In this document: positions 25,401 to 36,900 of the stretch, piece by piece
Layout: each line of letters begins with the position of its first letter
How positions within the stretch are numbered: the first letter of the stretch is position 1
Assembly: GCA_905178155.1 (NCBI GenBank)
Contig: CAJINV010000015.1
Coordinates: 1,666,538 to 1,730,537 of the forward strand
Source of the DNA: Amoebophrya sp. A120
Lineage: Eukaryota; Protista; Dinoflagellata
DNA: 64,000 bases
Direction: 5' to 3'
Translations under genes and position numbers: made by a program
The notes under the pieces: generated by a model
Databases searched by the model: none
What the model was told of the DNA's origin: nothing
The model's input: the letters and a program-made list of their open reading frames with translations, nothing else

Positions 25401-28400
25401 GTTTGTGACGCAAGTGATCACGAACGTGTTGGAGTTCTTGTGGAAAGAGCAAAACCAGAACCACGCATCCGCTCCGTCTATCGCAATCACGGTTCAACAA
25501 TTGATTATCCTCCTGGACGGGTTGTGCTTGCTGAAGAAAATCCTACCACACCTAGTGAATTCCGCGGAATTGGTATCGAAGAAAGAAACATTCGTATAGT
25601 GTAACTTTGTGATGCACAACATGCGCACTGATTGCGGCTGTCATGCTGGGCGTGCATTGTAAGGGAAACTCAAGTACTAGCGCGTTTTCACGTACTCGTA
25701 CCATCTGCGCATGACAGGTTTTCGCTCTGACTCCAGACAGATTTGTAATGCTGTTCTCCCGAAAAAGTTACACCTACAATCTTTTTTTTTGGATAATTGG
25801 CGCATTTGTCCACAAACGACAATTTCTGCAACTTAGCGTGGGGCATCCCCGATTGGGTCCCCTACATGGTGAGCACGCAGGAATTTTACACCCCCGGAGC
25901 GTACAACCAGGGAAGTAGCTCTGTCACGACCGCACCCTTGTCCGGCGAGCTGGTCGCGAAGACCCTTTTCCTGAGTCTATGCAAGAAAAAAACTGTGTAA
26001 GTGTAACTTTCTTTGAGGAACAGCATCACAGATTTGCTCTGCATGACAGAGAAAACCTCTCATGCGTAGCTAGTACGTGAAAACACTCACGAGAAGAACC
26101 TCTAACGCATGTCCAGCATGACAAGTGTAGGCGTTCTTGCGCATCCTCTACCTCTGCAACACAAATTTACACGCTACGCAGTTTTTTTCTTGGATAGAGT
26201 CTCAGCCCCCACCAATACACGACGGAATTAGATAAAGGACATGGTGGGGCGGCTTCCGGGGTACAACATCAATTGCAGCAGACGCAGGACTCTCCTCTGA
26301 TGCAGAAGCTCTTAGAAGTCGAGTCGCAGGCTTTGTTCGGAGTCTCGCCGGAGTACCAGGGGGTGAGTGCTGTGCGGTATTGGACGACGTTGCGGAAGTA
26401 CTTCTCTTCGAATAGTAATTCGACGAACTCTATCAAATGCAAAAATGTCTGGGTCTGGAAGAATGTGAACTTGTCATGCAGATTTTCCATGACCCTAGAG
26501 GTCTGGAATGCCGGGCCTAGCATAACAGAGTCTGTGAGGTCTCTTTCATGCCTATCCGGCATGAGAAACTCCCTCCCAACTTGGTCGAAAGTGGACAGCT
26601 TTTGACACTCATGCAACACAGATTTTTGCATGATTCGGATTTAGCATGACAATTTGCAATCTTCCAGACCCAGACACTTTTGCAATTCGACGAACTCCCT
26701 GTACTTGGCGATCTCGCAGATACTCGAACAGCGGAAGCAAACTGGTGAGATTTCCGGGCTCGGGGCGGATTTTTCTTCCTCCGGGGGGCGGGATCGGGAT
26801 GAAGAACATGAGGGACCGAGGTATACTAGGAAAGCAACACGCTTCTGCAGCTATGCAAAGAAACCAGTGAAGACATATCCTATCATCGCAATACTCACGT
26901 TCCTCTTATTGTGTCAAAAGGATTCGCATCAGTTATTACATTATTCAATCATGAATAAATTATATACCAGGTGGTGGCGCAACGACCCAGCTACGGATCC
27001 GATTCGCACCCTCCCAGCGCCTATCTCCACTGTGGATTACGAACAAGAAGCCTTCCCGTCGGAAGAGCAGCTTTTCGCGGATCTAGGAACGTATTATGAG
27101 GAGCAGCAGGCTATTTTGATGTCCATCATGATGTATCCTGTGCAAAAGTATCGTGCTCGCATTGCAATCATGCATTACGAATTTTTTTATTAAGGTAAAT
27201 CCGCACTAAAAATTTTATTTCTCCTGCTGAGGAAAGTTGTAATGCATTTATACGAGTGCGATACTTTTGCAATGCATATCATGGAGCAGCAGGAACGGGA
27301 TGAGCAGAGCGGGTTCCGCTACGACACAGGGGAATACGACTACGGATTCGGTGATGTTTATGGGAGTATCAGGTTTGAAATCGACAAAGTTGAAATAACT
27401 TGTAATGCATAAAATCGATACCAGCTAGAATCCCAATTTTCATGCGGCGCATGATAAATTTCGGCACCGTCTAAAAAATCCAGTTTGTCATGCTGTTTGG
27501 GGACAGAAGGCGTCTTGTGTCATGTTACTTTAGCAGCTCTATCGTAGACCCCAAACAGGCTGACAGTCGGCCTCACTTGCCGTCCCTGCAAGAGAGGCAC
27601 TCCATGCCTTGCAATTTCTGCGTGAGAAATTATTTCAACTTTGACGATTTTAATCCTGACGCTTCCATAATGTTTCCGCAATCATGGAGGCAACTACTCC
27701 TGGGGGAATGGAAGGGCAGCTGTCAGAAGACGAAGAAGACGGTGATGAAACGCTCTCCAGCATTTTCGCACGCCCCAGTCCGAAGAAGGAGGCATTTCAG
27801 CCGCCGGTGGCGCCACCTCCCGTGCAGCAGCAGGAACAATCAACAACGCGACGACGAGAACAACCTCTCCCCGAGACCCAACTCAGCACAGAAACTGACG
27901 CCAACCCGCAGAAGAAGCAAGACCCCTCAGTTCCGCTCGGCCGGCTGGGCGCGCTGGATTTGCCGAGCTTGAACCCGAACCAGAACAGGGGAAAAATGCT
28001 TGCTGGGGCAGAGGGAAGTGAGAAGAAGTCGAAAAAGGAAAAGGGATTATCGCGGGAGAGGTTGAAGCAGATTGGAATACCGCTGAATTTCCTGAAGCAA
28101 CAATCCGCAATTTCGAACCTGAACGTCGATGACTATTCCCATTTATGCTGCGCGATCGATGGAAAATTGATGGGGGAACCGGTCCGGTGTACTTTACCAG
28201 AGAAGAAGCATTTGGTATTTGAGAAGTCGGTGTTGGAGTTGTGGTTCAATCAGATGGGGAAGGTTTGTCCCATCACAGGGGATTTGATGGCCATGACCGA
28301 CTGCAAGCGGGATAAGCAGCTGGAATTGGAGATCAAGCAGTTCGCTTCGAAATGGAGGGAAGTAGCGGCAGCGGTTGGCGGTGCTGGCGGAAATCAGCAA

Positions 28401-28514
28401 GCAGGAGCGCTTTCGAGTGGCCCCGGGCGTGAGAAGAGGAAAAAGAAGAAGAAACCTGATGCTTCAGAGGAACATCACCAACCGGACTTTCATAGTTCGC
28501 CGGATTTGAGCTGA
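22432..28514 (+). CDS. Large protein with C-terminal U-box-like domain (putative E3 ligase); 10 introners and GT-AG introns 23400-23526, 26821-26970
   Basis: Frame continuous at the junctions checked after element removal; CAIDGKLMGEPV...FEKSVLELWF...CPITG...DKQLELEIKQF fits the U-box pattern. Confidence 0.8.
22509..22770. mobile_element. Introner family B
   Basis: TIR; DR AGCTT. Confidence 0.93.
23659..23809. mobile_element. Introner family A
   Basis: TIR; DR GTGTC. Confidence 0.92.
23949..24099. mobile_element. Introner family A (reverse orientation)
   Basis: Ends GCACAGGATA; DR TGGGT/TAGGT. Confidence 0.9.
24531..25055. mobile_element. Introner family G carrying a nested insert of about 284 bp (24634-24917)
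   Basis: TATGACAGGGCACAACTCC...GGAGTTGTGCACTGTCATA; DR CAATT/AAATT; internal 19-bp repeat CATGACAGATTTA(T/C)CCAGG. Confidence 0.88.
25151..25307. mobile_element. Introner family A
   Basis: TIR; DR CTTAA. Confidence 0.92.
25574..25795. mobile_element. Introner family F
   Basis: Degenerate TIR; DR ATTGG. Confidence 0.88.
25978..26196. mobile_element. Introner family F
   Basis: TIR; DR GAGTC. Confidence 0.92.
26431..26692. mobile_element. Introner family B with altered right end
   Basis: 14-bp duplication AATTCGACGAACTC (26417-26430, 26684-26697) replaces the ATA terminus. Confidence 0.88.
27134..27278. mobile_element. Introner family A
   Basis: TIR; DR TGATG/TCATG. Confidence 0.9.
27359..27669. 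mobile_element. Introner family D (reverse orientation)
   Basis: TIR; DR ATGTT. Confidence 0.93.
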
Positions 28515-29277
28515 ACAAGAAATCCGGATAGAAATGTCTCTTTAGGACTAATACGCAAATACGCAAATAACTCGTCTTATTTGGCTGCTATTATCGCCGA
28601 TGAACATGAACTTCAAAAAAAAAATTAAAACTGGTGGAACCCGAAGAACAGTAGGATTATCGTACTCGCTGCATTATATAAAGCTGTTCCTTATCATCTT
28701 CCGGATCACGTTGGTGTCGTTCATATTGCTGTCGGGGTTCATAATTTCGTTCTGCTACTCTCCTTCTTTTCAATCGTGCGTCAAGATCCCGATCTTCCTT
28801 TGTTTCCTTCATGAAACTTCGTCATCGTTCATTGTTGGGTTTTGTTTTGGGCAAGGGAAAAACAAAAAATATCGTGCAAAGCTGAAGTCACTCACACTAT
28901 CGGTCTTTTCTAGCAGTAAGTACAACTACTTCTACTTCCCATTCAGCTCTTGCAGCTCTACCTCTAGTACCGACCTACACGGCGCGGACGGAGGGGTGCT
29001 GGGAAGCGCAGTATACTATCTAAATACTTATCTATCAATCTGTCTGGTGGTTCTAGTTTCCACAACTCGTCCCAAGGTTTCATGAATCTATTTCAGGTCC
29101 TCCGCAACATTCTACAAGATTTTCGACCCTCTACTCTTTGTCTTCATTCGCAGTCTCCACCGACGAGTAGTTTATTTTACCGCGTGCTGTAGTATAGTAA
29201 CGGTAGAAGAGCCCTTGCAGTTCTGTCACCGAAATAAAAGAGATAGGACGCGTCCTGCTAGGGCGGCAGAAAAAAAG

Positions 29278-29780
29278 ATGTCGCTGCAGTCCGCTTCCAC
29301 CTACATACACCTGCACGACAGGACGGGGGTGAAAACAGGTACAGTTTATCGCATTGTAATCATGCATTACAAATCTTCTTCATTTTCTTGACTGTAAGTG
29401 CGCATTACAAATTGTATTTCCCAAGCTTAGGAAATTTGTAATGCGTTTATATATACGATGAATTCGAATACGATATTTATATTTTTGCAATTCATACTTC
29501 AGGTCAAACCCTCCCCGCGCAACCGGTGAAATACATCGACCGTAATGACCAGCTTCTGGCGTGGCGCGAACAGCTGTACAAAGAGAAGAAGGGGAAAAAG
29601 TCCTGGTATTACAAGCACCAGGGGAACCTGTTGAATGATTTGCAAGCGAAAAAGCAATCCTACGCCGAGTTTCACGCCTACAGAAACACGCCTTTCAGCA
29701 ACGTGGGGACGGTGGAAGATTTGAAGAATAGCAGGAGAGCAAGGAGCGTACCACCCTCCGCCGCTGTGAAGGCCGCGTAA
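29278..29780 (+). CDS. Small basic hypothetical protein; one GT-AG intron 29339-29502
   Basis: MSLQSASTYIHLHDRTGVKTG|QTLPAQPVKYIDRNDQLLAWREQLYKE... in frame after splicing. Confidence 0.7.
29339..29502 (+). other. GT-AG intron containing a decayed family A introner
   Basis: Internal ATCATGCATTACAAATC, GCATTACAAATT, GGAAATTTGTAATGC and right TIR TTTTGCAATTCATA; left TIR absent; CAG|GT at both ends. Confidence 0.75.
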
Positions 29781-30903
29781 GGATGAAAACGGTGCAATTA
29801 TAGTTGAATAGTTTAGAATTAGAATGAAGATAATCAAAACACCAGCAACGCTTTGTTTTCTGAAATTGAAACTGTACTGTGCTTGCTTTGTGGTCTCCGA
29901 ATCCGTTGTACAAAAATTTTTCGTTCCACTTTTGATGCATTGCGTCATTGGGGTAGTAAGTTGTTTCATCTGTTGGCAAGAAAGAGCGGCGACGAAGATG
30001 AACATTTTGAGCTTTTCTTGACAGAACAAATGTAAAAAAATATTTTATGAAGTGGATGTGGAGTAATTCTTGTACTAAAGAAGTGGCGGCTGTGTGGTCC
30101 GCAGTTTTTTTATTTTGCGCGGTTTCTTGACCGTCAGTGAGTTTAATCGCGCTGCGCTCTGGTCGAAGATGAAACTTTTTTTACCCGTCTTTGGCAGCTT
30201 GTGTTCCTCGAACGCAAGGAGCTAGCAGCTTGTGTTCACCAACATGCTGGTCGAAGAGCCTGCAGATCATTTGATTTGTAGAAGGACAACTTTACTGCCA
30301 TAGCCATAGCCATTTGCATTTCGTTTTTGACAACGGTTCTTTAATAAAGCCGTAAGATCAACATCGTGTTTGAGATTGTCCTCGGATTATTTTCATTTGA
30401 AAGTGTTTGTAGATGATCAGCATCAGTATTTATTTTCTGCTGACGCGGTTCCCATCTGATATTGATCCTTATGCTGATCTCGTCAACGCCGTTCTGAACA
30501 TGTTGTTGGCCTTTTTGTTTACCGGCAAGCGTAAGCGATCCTTTATTTGAATCAGGACCTCAAATGTGAACGAAACTGTTCGATGGATTCTTTGGTATTT
30601 TTGGGCGGCTCATCTCGTTTCTACCCCGCCGCTGGGCCAACATGTGACTTAAATCAAAATCTCCACCCGCGGAATTTATTTTATGCGCCAGTCATCGATT
30701 TTAATTGTAATCCTACTTAACGTGATGTAACAGCGACACTAAGTAGAAAGTATTTGATTATGATTACCAGCGACCAAGACAGAACTCAAACTCTACTACG
30801 CAAAAATCGCTTTTCAGTATCATCCTACCTCAACCGTATTTCTTGTAAAAAAAAGTAAGTAAAAATAAAGTAAAAGCCGGAGCCAAGAACTTCTAGACTA
30901 ACT

Positions 30904-33900
30904 ATGGGTGGGAAAAACAAGAACGAGCGGCGCAACGCCAATAAAAAGCAGACGGAGAAGAAAGACGACAAGAAGAAAAAGGATGAAAGCAGCAAGCCAA
31001 ACGACGAGAGGCTCACATCCGAAGAGCTTGGATTTGTCATCCGCACAGGGCCTGATGCGACGCATCGGAACGTGCATACGCTCGAGGTGGACGCTCGGAA
31101 CATTGTGATTCACGCCGGAAAACAGGAACTGCTGTATGACGCGATACTACGATGTAACTACGGCGTCAAGTACGGCCTCGTCGGGAGGAACGGGGTCGGA
31201 AAATCGACCTTACTGAGAGCGATCAGCGATCGAGATGGTATAGAAGTTCATGTTCATCTATCATCTTGAGCTGCAGGGAGCCGACTACAGGACAATTTGG
31301 TCCTGCTGTCACAAGTTTTACTTGGCGCATTTTCTTTTTCACAAAGAAGAAGAACGAGAACTCAACAGCATGATCGTTGGACCAGCAAGAAGAATTTTTT
31401 ATAAACTAAAAATTGCAGGTCGTGTTGCTATCCCCCCGCACATGTCTTTGATGCACGTGGAGCAGGAGATTGTCGGCTCTGAGGAAATATCAAATGCAAA
31501 AATGTCTGGGTCTGGAAGATTGCCAAGTTTGTCATGCATATTTTGAATAAACCCATGATGTCTGTGATGCACCATGCCCTAGCGTCACAGATTTTTAGAG
31601 GACTTTGCGATGGTTCTACCGCATGAGAAATGCCCTCTCCGCGTAAAAAGCACAAACTGGAGTCCTCTACTTGCTGGTCATGCAATACAAATTTTTTGGC
31701 TCAAGACTTCTTGTCTTGTGGCCCTTTTCCCACTTTAGAGACGGGGCCGCACCCCCGTGAGATCAATTCGTCCGGACTCATCGTGGAGATCAACCCCCGT
31801 GAGATCCAAGATCCGTAGAGGCACTCTGTAACAGGCATCAGGTGCGGCTGGTGAACCTTTTGACTCACACGTAGATTGTAGATTGTTTCTCTAAAAGAAA
31901 AATCAAAGCAAAAAAAATGAGTACACACTTGCCCTCCATCCGAAGCGCGCACGTGCGCAATGAAGCTTCGATGGTCCCAGCGGGCATAACGCCCGGTCTT
32001 ACTCGTTACTCCCTTCATCTGCCCTCGCCAGCCGTCCCCAATGGCGTTCGATTGTGGGGCCCTTGATCCCCACGTAGAAGCTCTTCGCGGGTTTCTTCTT
32101 GCCGGGTGGAAGACGGTGTGCGTCGGTTTTTTTTTGGCGGTCTGGGAGTTCCGTGTAGGTCTTTGTTCCTAGGGGCGCTTGTCGACGCCCTGCGGCGGAG
32201 CGGGCGATCGGGAGGACTCGACGCTACTTGTGGACGCCATCTCCGAGCTGTCGATAGTAGAGGAGTTCTGCCGCACATCTCCGCGTCACGAGGATGCCGC
32301 GCCCACTAGCGGATCGCCCTGCTGCGCTGGAGATCAGGGACTTTTTATTTATTGTTTTTCGTTTGTCTCACACTCTCACACACTCGAATACTTATGAAAA
32401 GATCATAGTACCAGACCCATATTTCCTTTTTTTCTTCGTTTGAGTTTGTCGCCCCTCCTAATCCTTTGGTCTGTGTTGTGGCAGCGGATTGTCCTCTGAC
32501 CCTTACGTAGCCTTATGGCAACCCCTTTCCATATGATTGATCTCAGGTTTTGTGTGGTAGCTGCGCTGGCAGCGCGTTTGTGCGGCTCTCTACTCCTGCG
32601 AGGTGCGACGTTTTCGATGCGGCTGGGCTTTGCGGATCCAAACTGCGCGGAGGTGGTGGTGGCGATGGCGGGTTGATTACGGTGCGGGAATTCGGGTCGC
32701 CAGCCCCGGGTCTCACAGAGTACTGAACGGTGCTTACCAGCTGGATAGACGAGTGAGGGGTGATTACTCGTAGGGGAGTTGTTTATGGCTCGCGGTCGTC
32801 TTTCTGTCGTCCTGGCGTCGTTCGTGGGGGTGTGGCGCGGGGGTGGAGCGATCCTCGACGAGCGGTGCGGTTGCGGCTTTGTCGCGTCGAGCGGAGCGGA
32901 GCGTCGCTGTGTCTCCTCGGCATCGTCTCTTCGTGGCCTGTCGTGCGTAGTCCTAGGTGGGGTCCCTATCCCGGCCATTGCAATAGGGCTTTTTGGTGGA
33001 CTGCTGGAGACCCCAGTCCAGTCGCATCGCGACGTTATTTTTCAGCTGCAGGAGACCCCAGCTATCCCTTTGCTCTGCCCAAGTCCCTCGTCTTTGTCTG
33101 TTCGTCGTGTTTTGCCTGGTTTACCGCTGGAAACGATGCCGTGCTTTTGGAATTCCGGTTTCGACCAGGACATGCAGCCACTCTAACGGTTTCACTCGGG
33201 TCCGACCCCCGTTAGAGCTTGACCCCATCCCCCCGAGGTCCTACCTGAGGTAGTGGTCGTAAAGGGGGTATAGTGGTTGAGGGGTAAATAAGGTCATGCA
33301 ATACAAATTTTTTTAGAATCACAGACCCAGACATATTTGCAATCCATAGAAAACCGTGCTCCAACACGTGCTAAAATCCTATTTAGAACGCGAGTATGCA
33401 TTGCAAAAGTATCGTACTACGTATAAATTGCATTACAAAATAAAATTTAGGCAAGAAGAAGAAGAAAAGCGGAACTTGTAATGCTGTTTTACCTTAGGAA
33501 GAAGATTTGTCATGCATATTCGCAATTAGTACCAGTACGAGTGTCGATGCTTTTGCAGTTCATAGCGGGTACCTTCTCGACTTGGAAAAGCAGTTCATCG
33601 AAGATAATGAGAAAGATATGGTTATGCTTTGCAAAAGTATCGTACTAGTATAAATCGCAATACAAATTTATTTCCTCAGCATGAGAAATGACATTTGTAA
33701 TGCGGTTTTAACTTGAGCTTGACACAAAAACTTGTAATGCCTAAATGCGATTAGTAGTACCAGCACGATTCTTTTGCAATGCATAATGGTCCACGGTGTC
33801 ACTATGATGGAGGTCTACGAGCGACTAGACGAGCTCCACTCCGAGGAAGCTGAGGTAAACGCTGCAAGAATTCTCGCCGGCTTGGGTTTCACCCACAAAA

Positions 33901-36900
33901 TGCAGAACCGGCCGACCAAGGAATTTTCCGGGGGATGGCGCATGCGGATCGCGTTAGCCGCGGCCTTGTTTAACGAGCCGGATTTGCTGTTACTGGATGA
34001 GCCGACAAATCATTTGGATGTGCACGCCATTACGTGGCTGGAAGAATTCCTGAACGAGTGGGAAAAGACCGTGATTATCGTCAGCCATGACCGGTCGTTC
34101 CTGAACGCCGTCACGCAGAACACGATTTTTGTGAAGAGGAAAAGATTGTGGTATACGAACTTTTTGTTTTTTATAGCGTCGTCCGAGATGCCCGGCTCTC
34201 AATGCAATCCGGTGCAGACAGTTTACCTCTAGGAAAATCAAGCAGTTCAAGAGCAGTTTCTGGCTCGCCTTGGTAGCTACTACAGTAACAGTACCGAAGA
34301 AGCTTGCGCCATATTGTTTTTTATAGCGGCGGCAAAAGCTTATTTTTGCGAAAATTAAAAAAAATATTGGGTGGCTTTATCGTGGGCCTCGCAGCCCAGC
34401 CGAATCAGCACGCTTCTGGACTCAGGACGGCGCAAGACCCACGCCAGCGCAGCGCTCACCCAGTTTGCTCTGCCGTGCTGCCGCAAAGTCAAACACAACA
34501 CACCACCGCAGCACCCCTTGCGGAAGGCGCGAAAGGTCGCGCCAACTTCAACGCCCGCACACGCCAGGGCGGGCATCGTGGGCAGGGAGCCGGGCCCGTC
34601 GTTGACCCCTTAATGGGCCAGTCCCGCCAGGTCTGCGCCGCTCCAAATTTCGTCGGGGCAGGCGGAGGCCCGGCAGGCGCGGCCGAATCTGGCCAAGCCA
34701 AAGGCACGGCGTGATATGGAATGGGCGAGCGCCTTGCGCCCCACCAGATGTCCCGGGGCCATGCTCCTGTGCCCCGGTCCGGCGGCATCATCGGGCGCAA
34801 TGCCCATCCCTGATTGCCCGGCGAGGTGCCGCAAAACCCCTCGGCCGCCGCCCACGACCCCTGCTCGGCCGACCGCAATTCCCCAATCGCGCGACACTCG
34901 CCCTGTTCAATCAGCCCCATTTCTGCAAAGCGGGCAAAAGCGTGGCTCCATCCCAGCCAAGGTGCCTGCGGTTTGGTTACACCTCCCAAGCCACCCCCTA
35001 GCGTGCCTCCGCCAATTCGCGGGATTCCTTGCAAGAACTGCCCGGCGGCATTTCGGATATCAATTTCGCGGAAAACAACCGCCCGGCGACACTGCCAGCA
35101 CGCTTGGAGGCTAGAGCACAAGCGCCGCAGCCCTGGGCAACACAGCGGGGCAGCCGGGCCCCCCTTTTTGCAGGTGGGGAACTTATCAAGCGGCCCGCGC
35201 AAGGGGGGCCCGACCGCGGCGCGCCGTGCCCTAGTGGCCCCACGCAGGTCGTTCCTCAACGCCGTCACGCAGAACACGATTTTTGTGAAGAGGAAAAGAT
35301 TATCCTGTGCAAAAGTACCGTACTCGTATAAATGCAAGTGTTGCATTACAAATCTTGTTGCGAAGCCAAATCAGCATGATAAATTCCATTTCTCTTGCTG
35401 AGGAAATTTGTAATGCATTTATACAAGTACGATACTTTTGCAATGCATAAAGATTGTGGTATACGAACTTTTTGTTCCATTTGGTATAGAGCTAGGAGAT
35501 GAAATTGAAACAGTCAGAGTTTTTGCAGCTTCTGGTAGGCCGCGTACTACGCTGAATCGCAGATGAGTCCGTACTATTCCATCTTTTCGGTGTACAAATG
35601 GAAATAATTTGTGTGCCTGAACAACAGTTTTTTACTCAAACCGCAGAACAAATAAAAAAATCAAAAAAGGTACTATGGCGGTAACTACGACACTTTCATC
35701 CGCGTGCGCGCCGAGCACCGGGCCAATCAGGAAGCGGTGGCGAAACAGCAGGAGCGGAAAAAGGCCCATTTAAAGCAGTTCATTGCCCGGTTCGGCCGCG
35801 GGCACAAAAAGATGGCCCGACAGGCGCAATCCAGGATGAAACTGCTGACAAAATTGCAGGAGGAAACTGTCGCCTGCGATATGGACGACCCGTATTTGAA
35901 GTTAGACTTCCCCGCCGCCCCGGAACTGCCCCCGCCGTGTATCTCGGTTCAAAACGCCGCTTTCAAATACCCGGGATCGGACCGAACGCTGTACAACAAA
36001 CTGAACTTCGGCGTGGATATGGACTCCCGAGTAGCGATCGTCGGGCCGAACGGAGCGGTATCCTGTGCAACAGTATCGTACTCGTACTAATTGCGCATAC
36101 GCATGACAAAGCTCTTTCCTATAGGTAAAACAGCATTACAAATTTATTTATAATGCTGAGCTAATTTGTCATGCGATTTATACTAGTACGATACTTTTGC
36201 AATACATAAGCGGGTAAGTCGACCTTTTTGAAGTTACTGGACGGGACGCTAGAGCTATCGTGAGAAAAAAGTGTTACAGTTACACACTCTGATGAGAGAC
36301 AAGCAAGACAGACAACCTCTGTCATGCAGGAAATGCTTGCCAACCTCATTTGTTTCGTGTTTTCCCTTGTCGTTTGCGCATCACAGGTTTTCTTTGCCAT
36401 GTAAAGCAGCTTTGTGATGCAGAAAGTCCACCACATCCGTAAGCGTAACTGTAGCACTTTTTTCCTGTGATAAGAGCCAACGGACGGACAGGTGAGTAGA
36501 CATCCGAAATTACAAATCGCGCGGTTCTATGCATTGCAAATATGATGTCTCGGTCTGGAAACTTCTGATGCAAGGAAGGGAAGAATACAGAGCACACTGT
36601 ACTAATGCGCTTCATCCCAGCATGACAAGTTTTTCCGTGCTGGTTCAGAGCTGCGTACTCCGCACGAGAAACTACGCTTTTGCATGTCAGACAAGAGGAG
36701 CTCTTCGCGGGCACGCAATACAGAGCTCAGAGTCAGGCCAGACTAGCATGACAAATCTCGCAATCTCCCAGAGGACCCAGACACACTCGCAGTTCATAGG
36801 TTCACGCAGCACCACTTGGAAATGATGAATGTGGATGAGGACGCGGTGACGCACATGCGAAGATTGGGAAATTTGAAGGAGGATGGGACATATGCATTGC

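Noticed and set aside
32015-33253. ORFs inside the 1.6-kb insert
   Set aside because: Short, overlapping, no recognisable domain
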